Assembly: GCA_002245135.1 (NCBI GenBank)
Contig: NGBS01001176.1
Coordinates: forward strand, 1-64,000
Direction: 5' to 3'
From: Proteromonas lacertae
Lineage: Eukaryota
Length of the DNA: 64,000 bases
Below, piece after piece: positions 14,928 through 27,707 of the stretch. Under the pieces are notes generated by a model, which was given only the letters and a program-made list of their open reading frames with translations, was not told the DNA's origin and did no database searches. The translations under genes and the position numbers were made by a program. How positions within the stretch are numbered: the stretch's first letter is position 1; each line of letters opens with the position of its first letter.

Positions 14928-15189
14928 CTATATATTATGATATATATTATGAAATAAATGAGAATTATATGTATATATATAGTTATAGTAATAAATATAT
15001 ATAGCTAATGTTTTTACTGTTATTTTTTATATAAATCATTGAATTCTAATTATGTATTGCTGAAATAAAACCTCAAAAAACAATAAATTCATACCAACTA
15101 ATGTAAAATCACCTAAAGTAATACATTATCTAAATACACTTATTCACATTTATTCTTACAAACACTCCTTTTGTTTTATCTGTCAATTT

Positions 15190-16510
15190 CATTTGCCTTC
15201 ATATTATTCTATTCTATATTTTTTCTTATCTTCTTCACTTACAAAATATATATTTTGTTTCATAATATGTGAGATAGGTTTGCAACTGAATGTGTTTAAT
15301 AACTGAATTTTCTATTTCTATTCCTTCTTTATCATTATTACCTGTTATTTTTATTCTCAACATATTATTCAATTCATTAGTTGGAAATCCACTTATTATA
15401 CCATTCTCATTATTCAATGTTATATTATAATCTTCTATTAATATAGTGATAATTAAATACTTTAATCATATAATGATGAGGCATTCTTCCAAACTGTATT
15501 ACATTCTTGTAAACTTTTTTAAACTTCTACAACATAAAATGAGAATAATTATTTATTATATTCTGACAAATATGGATGAATTGTTTATCTTTCTTCATTA
15601 GTAGAAGTTCCAATAAAAGCTAACACTTCAGGATCATTACCCACTTATTCAATCATTTCTTCATTATCATGTCATCATGTTGATATAACTAAACTGAAGT
15701 ACTGATTATGGGAATAAAATAAATACTTGAATTATCTTAAAATGGTTTAACATTTTATTACTTCATCATTCATTTTCTTCAACTCATTCTCTAAATCTTT
15801 TTTGTTCTTTTTCATTTCTTCTTTCTCTTCTTTGGATTTATCTAGTTGTTCTTTCAATCCATTTAATTCATTCTCTAATTCATTCTGAGATTTAGATTGA
15901 TGTTCTTTTAATTGAGTTATTTCTTTCTCTAATTCATCTTTGTTCTTCTGTAATTCTACATTCTATTGATTAGATTTATCTCATTCTTCTTTCAATTCAT
16001 TTTCTATTTCTTCTATTTCACTTATTCCAAGTTTTTCACTTTTGTAAATTACATCATTTTCTATTTTATTATTATCTTTGATTTTATTTTTCAATTCATT
16101 CAACTCTTTCTCTATTTATTCTTTATTTTTTTTTAACTATTTGATGATTCAATTTCATCAGTATATGGTTTAGATTCTTCTTTGATCTCTTTCAATTGAC
16201 TTTCTAATTCTTTCTTTTCTTTCTTCATTTCATTCAACTCTTCTTTCAATTGACTTATCTCATCTTCTTTAGTATTAGAGGATTCAACTTTATGTTCATC
16301 TTCATTCTATTCGCAGTATCACCTTTTATCTATAAACAACAATTATAACAAAATATATACATACAATTCCAAAACAGTTTCCAAATGAGCATTAAAAATT
16401 TCTTTATCATAATTATCGATAAATGAATATAATGATTGACTACCAAATTGAGAAAAATATTTTACTAACTATACATAATATTCATTCTTCTTACCAATGA
16501 CTATATTCAT
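15190..16510 (-). pseudogene. Degraded host-type coiled-coil gene with a C-terminal putative Ig-like motif
   Basis: E/K/N/L-rich heptad-like coding sequence with several stops and frameshifts, short intron-like segments, and NENGIISGFPT. Confidence 0.4.
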
Positions 16511-17039
16511 CTATATCTACCTTTAACTCAAAAAATATATATATATAAATAAATTGATAAATAATATATAATATATAATAATATAATAATAATAATATAT
16601 ATATATATAACACTTACATTTTTGATATCAAAATTCAAATATTTACATAGGCTTGAGGTTTGTGTTATTTTCTTTGTTTTACAATAGTTTTTTCAGTTGT
16701 ATGAAAAACATATTAATAATCACTTAGAAAAGAAAAGCATATAAAAATAAATGGTATATGTTTCATAAGTCCAAAAGAGTTGAATGTATAAGAATGTAAT
16801 GTGAGAAGTGTGATTTGGTTAATTAGCTGTATTTTATATAAAATAATAAACATTATTTAATTAGTATAAAGAAAACAAAAGAGTGTATTCTGATTTGCAA
16901 GTGATTTTAAGATCTGATACAATATATTAACTATACTCATTATACACTCATTATATATATTATAGTAAATAAAAAGACACTTTTTCTATAAATATATTTC
17001 CACAATTACACATTTTTTGTCTATAGAATATACAGTTTT

Positions 17040-17160
17040 GATAAAAACAAATCATTCAAACATGTGTGTATTCAACTGTCCTATGATGGCATTTGCATAA
17101 ATCCTTTTAGTAAATCTAATAAATCCATAAATATGTTATCTTACAGAATTATAAACAGGA
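17040..17160 (+). pseudogene. Possible CACTA/EnSpm-type transposase fragment
   Basis: IQLSYDGICINPFSKSNKSI..Y.IIN resembles the L.xDG..NPF..S motif around the first catalytic Asp. Confidence 0.3.
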
Positions 17161-17700
17161 ATGATTTCAAACTATGTAATATAATTGAAGAACAACAAAC
17201 AAAGAAGAAGATTTTACTGATTTATCATATCAACATTTTCTTATAAACTATAATCAAAAGAGAAAAAAGAGTAGTATAAAATAATAGTTATTATATAATG
17301 CATTCATTAAATAATGATATTAAACCATTATTTTGCTATTCAGTCAAAAAGAATTTATATAAAATAGGAAAATTTAAGTTGGTATATAATAATTCTTTTG
17401 ATGGATTAATTGATATAAACAACATGAAAAATTATAATATTATATAGTATATAAATGGGACTCTGGCATATTGTGCCATAGTCCCATTTACGTAAGGTTC
17501 CTACGGGATTCCTCCTAACGGGGTCTACTTCTCAACAGAGTCTACTTCCCTACGGGAACTCCTGGAAGCTATCTAGAAGTGTTGGTTACCTCGGGATGAT
17601 GAAGCTATGTTTTCTATTACCCCCCTTACAAAGACTAGAGAATGAATGTAGGAGGTTGATTATCTTAAGATCATTTACTTTGGCTTCTTGGGGGTGTTGG

Positions 17701-18108
17701 TTAAGCATTGTCCTCGGTAAAGTCTTCCTCCGGTGATTCCTCATCCTTCTCAGAGAAGGAGGAGGAATCGTCAGAGGAAGACTCCTTGCTCTTGTTAAGT
17801 CTACGTCTCTTATCCTTCAAGTAGCTTCCTAGAGATGCTTTTCTCTTAATTGAATTGCCTACAAGGTACACTTCGTTCTCTTGCTCATTGTCAGTGTCTT
17901 CACTTCCTAAGTCGATCGATCGGTCATCTTCACTGAAGCTATCATCGTCGGTGGATTCATCCTCGGGATGATCGCATTGACGGCTCACGTCATAGTAGTT
18001 GCTATTCCTTCTAAGGTCCTTGATCGATGGGAACCTTGCATCAATATAAAGGATCTTCTGACCATCATCTTGAGTGACTTCCCTTCCAAGAATATAAGTC
18101 GTCTTCAT
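17701..18108 (-). CDS. Acidic/basic low-complexity protein with NLS-like motifs (element A)
   Basis: 135-aa ORF with higher GC than its flanks; KRKAS and KRRR motifs. Confidence 0.45.
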   Translation of the reverse strand: MKTTYILGREVTQDDGQKILYIDARFPSIKDLRRNSNYYDVSRQCDHPEDESTDDDSFSEDDRSIDLGSEDTDNEQENEVYLVGNSIKRKASLGSYLKDKRRRLNKSKESSSDDSSSFSEKDEESPEEDFTEDNA

Positions 18109-18774
18109 CGTCTTTGCTTATAATGTTATCTCCAAGGAATAAAATAAATGATTGCTAAGCACCTCACCAAAGACTACATCGGTAAGTAAAGTAGCTGGGT
18201 TATGTTTATAAGCTAGTTACCGATACAATGGCAACTCCAAGGAAGTTCTTGTTATGGTAAGATGAGTACCTCGTGACACTTGAGATCAACTTCTTCATCT
18301 ATCTGTAATCGATCCATTGCATACTCCTACTCCAGGTTATTGAGTCGATGTCTTAATTCTCTTATTGGGAATAATCGAGGTAAATTTGGTCCTTTGGAAG
18401 CTCCTTTAGATTATAAAGAATACAGTAATCCTTTAGAAGAATAAACTCACGACATATATCCTAATGCTAATTTTCATGCTTTATTTAAGTATATGAGATT
18501 ACCTTATATTCCCGAAGATCATCCAATATTTGAAACGCTGCCTGGTATAGATCCTGCATATGATCCTCAATGGACTATCATATATTGGATTAAAGAGAAA
18601 GGCCATATATATGGAGAAGAAAATTAGGAGTAAATAGAATGTATTTACCACCTCCAGGATGGTTACCAAAAGGTATTACTGAACATCAATTACAAAATAT
18701 GTACTACCATGTATTCTTAAATAAGTATAAGAATAGCAAGAGGATATTATGGAGGTGCAAGACAACCAAATGAA

Positions 18775-19413
18775 ATGAATAGAGAGACAATTACTGTTAA
18801 TGATGAATATTTACAAAATATATTTGGAGATTATCAAATTAATCCAGAAGAGAATAGAATGACATTAGATAAAAATGAAGCATCAAATTTAAATGCAAAA
18901 GAAATAGTTGAAGTGGATCAAGATATTACAAATGATGCAAGTAAAAATTGGCAACCACAAGAAGCTCATTATACTAAAGAATTGGATAAGAGTGAAATGA
19001 TGAAAACAGCAGCACAAGTAACAGATGAAGATTTTAGAAGTGCTTTAGATAATAATAGTAATCCTCCTCCTCCAGAAGAACAAGCTCCTCCACCGCCTCC
19101 TCCTCCAGTGCAAGTTAATGAAGATGATGATATTCTTCCTACAAAAGTTAAAAGAGGAAGAAGTGATGTTAATGAAGAAGATGAAGAAGAAAGGAAGAAA
19201 AGAAGAATAGTATATAATGATGAAGGTGATGTTGTTCAAGAGGATGATGATGATCAAATGGATGAAGATGATGATTTAGATGATCCTAATATCCAACCTC
19301 AAGATGTATTCGTAGAAGAGGATAATAGACAAAAAAGAAAAAGAAGTGAAGCTGTTTTTGATGAGGATGATGTAAATGAAGAACCAATAAAAAGAGTTAA
19401 AATAAAACATTAA
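18775..19413 (+). CDS. Acidic, Pro-rich hypothetical protein (element A), probably the 3' part of a longer disrupted gene
   Basis: 212-aa ORF with repeated KR-rich motifs; coding-like but interrupted sequence upstream from about 18370. Confidence 0.5.
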   Translation: MNRETITVNDEYLQNIFGDYQINPEENRMTLDKNEASNLNAKEIVEVDQDITNDASKNWQPQEAHYTKELDKSEMMKTAAQVTDEDFRSALDNNSNPPPPEEQAPPPPPPPVQVNEDDDILPTKVKRGRSDVNEEDEEERKKRRIVYNDEGDVVQEDDDDQMDEDDDLDDPNIQPQDVFVEEDNRQKRKRSEAVFDEDDVNEEPIKRVKIKH

Positions 19414-19419
19414 TTATTA

Positions 19420-20055
19420 TTATATTTTCCTAAACTTGTTGGCTAATAACCTTGCTCTTTCCTCTCCTTTTACTGTATTAAAATTTGTTGCATCAACGAA
19501 TGATAGGTTATGTAGTAAAATATCTCTTAAAAATAAAATAGCATGATATCCACAAGTGGACGTTGTTATCCTTTGATTAACAACTCCATTTATTTTCAGA
19601 TTATAATCTTGTTGAGAATCTGCTTTAAGATGCTTTATATACTTAACAAAGGACTTGGTATGTTCTGGCTTTTCTCCAAAACTATCATAATAAAGGAATT
19701 GATGTTTATTATTATCAATTACCAAACTCACCCAATGACCAATCTTTTCAGGAGGATCTTTCCTCTTCAAAGTACATATTATTACTCCCCACTTATTCAA
19801 ATTCAGTTTAGGAATGCTCTTAATTTCATCCCATAAAAACACTCCCCCAAACCTACTTAACATTTCAGGAAAGTTTAATTTTATTACTTTAGGAATATCA
19901 TAGTTAGATAAAGCCATGTCATATGGTTTCTTGGATTTTTCACCATGTCCATATACTCTGTTATTAGTAAAGCATAAACGTAGTTTCATCCTAAAAATTG
20001 CAAGAAAATGAGAAATGAATTCATTTTTTAATTTTCTATTCATATTTGAAAACAA
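19420..20055 (-). CDS. Adenain-like (clan CE) virion maturation protease; the true start may be 19989 or 19917
   Basis: F.GVF..D, GHWVSL, YYDSFG and NQRITTSTCGYHAILFL give an intact H-D-Q-C catalytic set typical of Polinton/adenovirus proteases. Confidence 0.88.
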   Translation of the reverse strand: MFSNMNRKLKNEFISHFLAIFRMKLRLCFTNNRVYGHGEKSKKPYDMALSNYDIPKVIKLNFPEMLSRFGGVFLWDEIKSIPKLNLNKWGVIICTLKRKDPPEKIGHWVSLVIDNNKHQFLYYDSFGEKPEHTKSFVKYIKHLKADSQQDYNLKINGVVNQRITTSTCGYHAILFLRDILLHNLSFVDATNFNTVKGEERARLLANKFRKI

Positions 20056-20065
20056 CCAATCACAT

Positions 20066-20464
20066 ATGAGTGTTTTAGGTGGGCGTAAACGACGTTATCG
20101 AAGAGGTAGATCTGTTTCAAGAAGAAGAAGAGGACGAAGAGGAAGATCAAGTGGAAGGTACAAGTTTGGCTTGATGGGTAAACTTATAAGACATGAAGTA
20201 CCGAATACAATGTTTCGAGGATTGAAGAAAGGAAGAGGAAAAGTAACTGAAGTTGGAGGCAAAGCTTTAGATATCATGAAAGTATTAGGATTAGGAAAAG
20301 TAAGAGAAGGAATAAGATTTGATGTAAATGGAGGTAGAAGACGTAGAAGAAGAGGCAGTCGAGCAAGAAGACATAGACGTCGTAGATACTGTATAAAAGG
20401 AGGAGCACATACAAGTATTTCTATGAAATTAAATAATTTCCTTTTAAGTAAAATCTCATCTTAA
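20066..20464 (+). CDS. Arg-rich core (pVII/pX-like) precursor protein
   Basis: MSVLGG-RKRRYRR...VNGG-RRRRRR...IKGG-A; the N-terminus matches MVLGG-RR in ORF 43301-43615. Confidence 0.75.
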   Translation: MSVLGGRKRRYRRGRSVSRRRRGRRGRSSGRYKFGLMGKLIRHEVPNTMFRGLKKGRGKVTEVGGKALDIMKVLGLGKVREGIRFDVNGGRRRRRRGSRARRHRRRRYCIKGGAHTSISMKLNNFLLSKISS

Positions 20465-20743
20465 ATTTTTATTATTATTTTTATTTTTGTTTTTCTATAT
20501 AAAAATGAATCCATATTACAATAACAATAGAAATCAATCATATTATCAGAATTACGATGATGGATTTAATGATGATTATTACGATGATGATGACTATTTA
20601 TCTAAAAGTGCTCAAATAGACTAACAAATACTAAGTCAAAGTAGAAAAAATTAACGGAATTATTATAGATCCTAGTAAGGTAGCATTTGCTCCATTTTAT
20701 TAAAATTTATATTTTTAATTCATTTTTGTTTTTCTTGGGTAAT

Positions 20744-21337
20744 ATGAAAAAAACAAATATTATTAACAAATTGATAACTGAATTAGCAAAAAGAGTATCT
20801 TCTAGGATAGGCAAGAGATCTCATAAAAGAAAATACAAAAGAAAATTAAATAAAAGTTTCAAGAGATTAGCATATGATATGGATGCTCCTGAATTAGTAT
20901 ACAATGTTAACCAATCTAGATTGGATCATTTACAAGGAATGCAATTTGATAACTAATTACAGAAAATAAATGAACTGAAAAACAACTTAATAGATATTAA
21001 TAAAAAAATAACAGACTATGAAGGAATGGAATCTCTACCAGTTAATGAGGATAATAAAGATGAAATCTTCAAAAGAGAACAAGAAATGATAAAATTAAAT
21101 TTAGGAAAACAAAGATTAGAAAATCAATTGAAGATGATGAAAGGAGGATTTATGTTTGTAGCTTCTAATCCTCTAACAAGAAGTGTTCCATATGGAAGGA
21201 CAGGAAGTATAAGAGATTCTTTATTATCAAGAATGTATGATCCTAAATCAATTCCTACAGGAGGATTAAATTATGATCCTTTAAAAGATGGAGTTGGAGA
21301 TGCAGATATAAGTAATTTTTTAAAAAGTAATTTTTAA
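20744..21337 (+). pseudogene. Basic/coiled-coil viral protein, homolog of ORF 42026-42571, with one in-frame TAA at 20954
   Basis: The two listed ORFs are in the same frame. Shared layout: basic N-terminus, coiled coil, then (S/A)NP(L/I)(T/A)RS. Contains MKGG. Confidence 0.6.
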
Positions 21338-21350
21338 TTCTTATTATATT

Positions 21351-22058
21351 TTGTTTATAGGTTTGAATGAAAGAAATGAGGACAATTCTCGAAATATCAA
21401 GATTAATAAACTTATAGTTGAAAATCCTTATCCCTCTATCAATATTGTTCCTCCAGAAAGACCTCTTACAGTTCAACAAACACCTACTTTTACAACTCCG
21501 ATTACAACTTTAGGAAGAACAACAGAAACTCCTATATACTCTTTAATTTATGAAAGAAGATTATCAGAAATGTATATTGAACCAAAGAATTATTTTCCAT
21601 CAAAAACTTCAGGGTATGCTCAAACAGATGAACCTCAGTTGTTAAAACATTGGGTTAATCCTTCAGTTAATTTACCGCCTCCTGAAAGATCATTTAGTAC
21701 AGAGGAAACTAATACAAATCCTCCTCCTGAATATAAAGATGCACAAACAGATGTGTATAAACCATTTCCTCCACCTCCTCCAGAAACTAAAACTGCAAGT
21801 ACTATGTTTGATCCTCCACCTTTTCAACCAAAATGGAGTATTATGAATCGTCCTATAAAAAATTACATTACTCCAGATGATCCTCATTATGAAAATTATA
21901 TTGCACAAATGAATAGACAAGCAACATATAATCATGCTGTATTAGATCATCCTAGATATATGACACCAGAACAAAGAGCAAAATATAGTATACCTGATAT
22001 CAATGAGATGGGACAAAGATATGATAATTTTAGAAAAGAAAATTCTCATTATTTTTAA
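21351..22058 (+). CDS. Pro/Thr-rich hypothetical protein (element A)
   Basis: 235-aa open frame with repeated (A/T)(Q/E/S)T(D/N/M) motifs between PPP runs. Confidence 0.5.
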   Translation: MFIGLNERNEDNSRNIKINKLIVENPYPSINIVPPERPLTVQQTPTFTTPITTLGRTTETPIYSLIYERRLSEMYIEPKNYFPSKTSGYAQTDEPQLLKHWVNPSVNLPPPERSFSTEETNTNPPPEYKDAQTDVYKPFPPPPPETKTASTMFDPPPFQPKWSIMNRPIKNYITPDDPHYENYIAQMNRQATYNHAVLDHPRYMTPEQRAKYSIPDINEMGQRYDNFRKENSHYF

Positions 22059-22665
22059 AATACACCAAAATACAAAATCCAGATTTTCCGTTATTAATCA
22101 ATCAAATGTTAGCAATTAAAATTTAAGTATTGTATAACTGATATTTCATTTTCATTTTTCTTTCTGTTTTCTTATGAAACAGGATAATCTTGACTATATT
22201 GATTTTGGGTTGTTTGAAAATATAAATAAGAGGAAATGGTGGGATATGGAGGAAATTTCTATATCTCATGAATATAGTATGTTAGATTAATATTATGAGG
22301 ATTATAAGTTATGTGTGAAGGAATATAAGGATTATTTACAATATGTTAAAAAGAAAAAAAACAAGAAGAAGGAAGAAAATATTCCTCAATCATTAGAGAG
22401 ACTCCAAATGAGCATTGAGGATAGTCGATCCTCCTATCAAAGGAAACATGCGGAAATTGCGGAAAGGATTTGGAAGATAAGGAACATATCGATTATCTGC
22501 TTGATTTTAGATTACGACAAAGAAAAGGAAGAAGAAAGGAAAAATGTAAAGAAAAGGAAAACAATTTGATTGGTTAATTAGAATTTTATTGATTTCTTGA
22601 TTTTATTTTAATTAAGTATTTTCTAAAACTTTTTGAAAACTTATCATAAATTTAAAAATCAAAAA

Positions 22666-23400
22666 ATGAATTCCGATTTACAAGATGATATGAACATAAG
22701 TTCATTTCCTAGTTCACCAAAGGTTGCTGCTCCTCCTCCACTCATTATTCCTCAATTAGATGAATCTAAGGTACTTACATAAGAGAATTTTGATGACTTT
22801 ATTTTTAACAACTCTCATTTTTGGGATATTATGGTGAATCATACAAGAAGTATGACAGAGATCCTTTTAAGAAATCTTATTGATGGATTAAGCTTATACA
22901 GGATAGCAAATGCAAGACAAGAGGATTTTATTGATTTCCTCACTGCTTGGAAATCAAAAATTCCTTTATCAGATTTTAAAATAGGAATTAATCCTATCGA
23001 ACCATTTGCAGATGATGATGATGAAGAGGAAAAAGATGATAAAGTCATTCCTACTCCTAAAAAGAAGAAGGAATCAGCTCCAGTACCAGAAGGATCACAA
23101 AAGTGTTCTACATGCAACAAAATCCTTCCTTTAGAGAACTTTGCAACAAAGCCAAACGGTGACAAAAACAAAAGTTGTGAAAGATGTCGCTTAAAAAAGA
23201 AGGAGTATTATGATAAACAAAGACAACAAAAGAAACAAAGAAATGTTAAAGAGGAAGATTCAAGTAGTGGAAAAGTAAAAGTTGAATTATGTCCTAAACC
23301 AGCTCCAAAGAAAAGAAAGATTGATGTTGTTATTCCTTCTGCAATGGATGAGGATCCTGATGATGATGAGGAAATAGATAGTGAGGAAATGGAAATATAA
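22666..23400 (+). pseudogene. C4 zinc-finger protein (element A) with an in-frame TAA at 22780
   Basis: CSTC..ILPLENF...KSCERC. The frame extends upstream to ATG 22666 through a single TAA. Confidence 0.6.
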
Positions 23401-23468
23401 ATATAAATTCTAATATTAATCTTTATTTTCATATTTCTTGTTGTTTTTAGAATATATATATTTTCAAA

Positions 23469-23822
23469 ATGCCTAGATATAGAATTAATACTTTTTCATT
23501 AAAAGCAAATAATGTTGGACCTGTAGTATGTAAATTATACAAATTTAATCCTCAAGTATTACAGAATATTATTATGGGTGGAGATAGATGGATTCATGTA
23601 GTACCATATCGTACTAGCAATGTTAATGATGAACCAGAATTATGGTTTATTGGAACCGGAATGAGATCTATGCAACTTGATTTACCTGAATTAATCTTTA
23701 ATCCAACTCCTAATCCTCCAATTTTGCTTCGTGGAAATCTTAACGCAAGACAAAGAAGATATTTACAGCTTCATTTATTATATGATCCTTTAGATGAAGA
23801 TGATGATGATGATGATGAATAA
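23469..23822 (+). CDS. Hypothetical protein with acidic tail (element A)
   Basis: Clean 117-aa ATG-TAA ORF, preceded and followed by TTTCTTGTTGTTTTT. Confidence 0.5.
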   Translation: MPRYRINTFSLKANNVGPVVCKLYKFNPQVLQNIIMGGDRWIHVVPYRTSNVNDEPELWFIGTGMRSMQLDLPELIFNPTPNPPILLRGNLNARQRRYLQLHLLYDPLDEDDDDDDE

Positions 23823-25687
23823 AACAATAATTAATTTCATTTATAATTTTCTTGTTGTTTTTGTATATTATACTCTCATAATTACAAAATGTTATCAAAA
23901 AATAATGAGACTGTCTTAGAGACAAATGTTGAGGAAATCAAGGAAAGTATAGGAATCCTCTTAGTATATGTCATCCTTTGGGTTGTAACAGAAGTCATCA
24001 AAATTGTTATATTATACATAAAAAGCATATTGTCCTCTTAAAGTAATTGAAGTTGTTGAGGAAATTCAGCATAATTTGGGAAGCACAAATAAAAAAGAGG
24101 ATGATGAGGAAGAGGATGTTATTGAAGAAAATGAGGAATTATCCTCCATAAACAAGACATATAGAACAAGCAGTGGAAGATTACACTATCCTCCGTCAAA
24201 ATTCTCTAATACAATTTAGAGGATATTATTAAATATTTTAAATCATTAATAACATATTTTTTCTAAGTTCCTATTTTTGGGTTATTAAAAAAAATCCTCT
24301 ATTTTTTATAAAAAGTAAAGGTTTTGATGACGCGCTTAAATCCTCCAATCATAATTGACCGTTACTTTTTAAGTAAATTTGCCGTTACTTTTCATTCTGA
24401 GTTTTCCTGCCATTTTTATGGTTAGAATTTTCAAATATATGGAAATTAATACTACTGAGATATTGAAATTAACAGTTGCTACAGCAGAAGCTACTAGGTA
24501 ATATTTTGTTATTAATATAATATAGGACTTTTACTAAGTTCTTGGGAAGTCAACCAATTTACCCCCTTTAAAAATGGAGCAAGGAGGATGATGCTGTTGT
24601 GAGAGGATTATACTCTCAACTTGATGCATTTATTAATCAACTAAATGACAATCCTACTGGAGTATATTTTGTATGTATTATACTTGCAATAGAATTTACA
24701 CCTTCACAAATTGGTGATATGAAAATCAATGATATAGTAATAATCCCAAGAGAAATTGAATTTGATCCAATACAATCACATTTAGAACCAGTTGAATAAC
24801 CATTAGTAATAAAGAATATAAGCAAAGATCCAACTGAGTTATATTGTATTGAATATGATTTACAATATAGTAGAAGAAGAAATCTTAATGCAACCAATAA
24901 ATTATGATCATTATAATGTTAACAGAACAAGTAGCGTAGTAGAAGAAAGATCAACTTGACCAATGAATCTGTTAATAAGAAGAAAAGTGAAAAATCAATG
25001 AAGTAATTTGAAGAACAAAAGTAATGGCAATTTAGAAACAAGCTGATGCTTTGAGATTAATGTTTTGAAATATATTGGAAGGAAAGATTAAAATATGGTA
25101 ATGTAATGGCTCATTGATTATCTCCAATTATCGAGGATTTCCTTAAAAGAATACTATCCACATTCTCCAACCAATGAAGAAATTTCCATAGATGAATTAT
25201 ATAAATTCAAATTCAAACATATAAATTAAATGAAAAGAGAGAATTAGTTAATACTGAGATAATATTTACAATAAAAGAAGTTACATTAAATGAAACAGAG
25301 TTTGTTTGGGATAATTTGTACAGGTACATTTATATATGTTTATGAATATATGGAACTGATTACTATTCAACTGATGTAGTTGATAATGTCATTATGATTT
25401 TGGTTGAACAGCTTTAAAATTTCTATTAATGATGATGGCTGGTCAATTAAAAAGCAATGACAATACAACGAAGAAACAAGAGAAAGAATTATTAGTAGAA
25501 TTATATATGAATTATTATCTTAGATTCGATAATAATAGGAGTCGATTGTTACACTTATATCTTAAATCTTAGATTTAATTATTTAAGATTTGAAATATAT
25601 AAATAAACATTCTTTCTTTTGTTTTTTATGGGTAAGAGTATTATAAACAACAGTAAATATTAACATTTATGCTATATCTTTTATAGG

Positions 25688-27707
25688 CTAAGAATTAGAA
25701 AAGCACCAGAACATTCACTAAGGAGAAAGCAGATCTTTACCTTAACAACATTGGTAACTATAAAAGAAAGAAGTACTCCATAAAGGATGGTATTTTGAAC
25801 TTCAAAAACAAGAAGGTAGTAACAATTGAGGAGTCATTCGATCTAATTCAACCTGTTCATCTTAATTATGCTCATGCTAATGATAGGTATATGTTACCCT
25901 TGCTTCAAAAGGATTACTATGGTATAGTAAGAGACATGTTGCGGGCTTATACTGACACTTGTATAGGTTGTCAAGAGACGAAAAAGGTGGTAAATGAACA
26001 ACCAGTTAAGCCAATTATTTCTAATCTGCCTCGAGAAAGAATACTTTTGGATTTAATTAACATGAATCAATTCAACAAAGACTTCAAAAATATGAAGAAA
26101 GAGGACTTATACCATTATATCCTCACCATCATTGATCATTACAGTAATTTTACCATGGTTTATGCACAGAAAACAAAGTCAGAAAAGGAAACTACAAGAA
26201 ATGTGGCAAATAATATTAGAATATTTGGACCTCCAAAGAAATTCACAGTGCTCCTTATCGTCCACAGACAAATGGTAAGGTTGAGAATTACAATGGTTTT
26301 ATAAATAGAACAATGAGAAAATTTATGTATCCAAAGCCAGAAATAGATCAAAAAATAGTATCGAAAGAAAAGAAAAGTTTTAATGAAACAAAAGAAAAAG
26401 AAGTGTATTGGACAGATTATATAAACAGAATTATTGAGAGAATAAATACTGGTATATGTAGAAGAACTCATTGCAAACCACGATCATTATTTCTGATGGA
26501 TATTCAAGAGTTAATGAAAGAGAATAAAGAGCTACAAGTTGATATGTCAAACGAAACAGAAAGTGATTGTAATGATGATATTGATGAGAATAAAATATAT
26601 TCAGTTGTAGTAAGTGAAAATGATAATGAAAGCGAAGAAGATGGTGATGAAGAGGATAATGACAATGAAAGTAAAGATAACGAAGAAGAATTAGAAGAAG
26701 ATGATGATGATAATGGCAGAGATGGTAGTGATAGTGATGATGAAGATAATGAAGTTTTAGAACTAAATAAACTCTACAGAAAGAAATTGTTTTAAATAAA
26801 TCCTCAACCAAAAAGAAAAAAACCAGATTCTTATACACAAAGACTTCAAGATATAGTAAAGCATCCTCAAAAGAATGCAATATATGGTATTATAGGTGGT
26901 GTAGGTGCATCTGAACACGATGGTAAAGATCCATTAAATGAGATCCTAATAGAGAATGTTACTAGAATTAGAGAGAGCATTGGAAGAATTAAACTTGATT
27001 TAAATGAAATGAGGTTCATATTAGAATGTTACTCATGTGAAGATTTGTTTATAGCAACAGATTTAAATATTTTAGCCACTAAAAAGATGAACACTTTTAT
27101 TATTAAAAAGATGTTAGGTTATTACACTCTTGTAGTAGATGAACATAAGAAGACAGTAACAGTTTATGATACAATTGATTGTGGCATTTATGAAGAAGAT
27201 ATATAACGTTTAATCATGTATGATAAGACACTAGCAAAGATAAATAAGTTCACGCTTATAAAAAATCAAATTAAAACAAACTATCAGGAAGCAGAAGATA
27301 TAATTGCTATAGTGATGTTCATGATAATGAATGCGAATATTCAAACACATGTAGATGAACTTGATATTATATTAATGAGTGATTTAATCAAAACTTATGT
27401 AGATCTGTTGTTACAATACCAGTCTTATAGATTAAAGTATGCTTGTTATTATGTAAACATTACAAAGTCAAATGATCCATTAGTTGCATATGATGAAAAG
27501 CCACATACTAGTTAGATATGATAGTGAATGATTATGATTATGATGTTATATCATGTAAACAAAATCAAAGGATATGTTATGCAAGGAAATTTGACGAATT
27601 AAGTTACGAATTTGATGATCAACGTCAGTTAAAAGGAGAACAAATGGTTTATCTCATACATTTTATAGACCAATTCAATCATAACATAATCGATCCAGGT
27701 AACATAT
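25688..27707 (+). pseudogene. Second, degraded Ginger-like integrase(-protease) copy
   Basis: Clear paralog of 11831-14927 (EQPVKPIIS..PRER, YILTIIDHYSNFT, CRRTHCKPRSL). The segment with the second catalytic Asp (DNGTEF) is deleted at about 26235, and the gene is cut before the protease core. An intron-like GTAAG..TATAG lies at about 25631-25687. Confidence 0.8.

Larger units (their letters stand above)
17444..24220. mobile_element. Endogenous Polinton-like/adenovirus-like virus remnant A
   Basis: Compact intronless ORFs including an adenain-like protease and an Arg-rich core protein. Three ORFs have recognisable homologs in element B. Boundaries are approximate. Confidence 0.75.
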
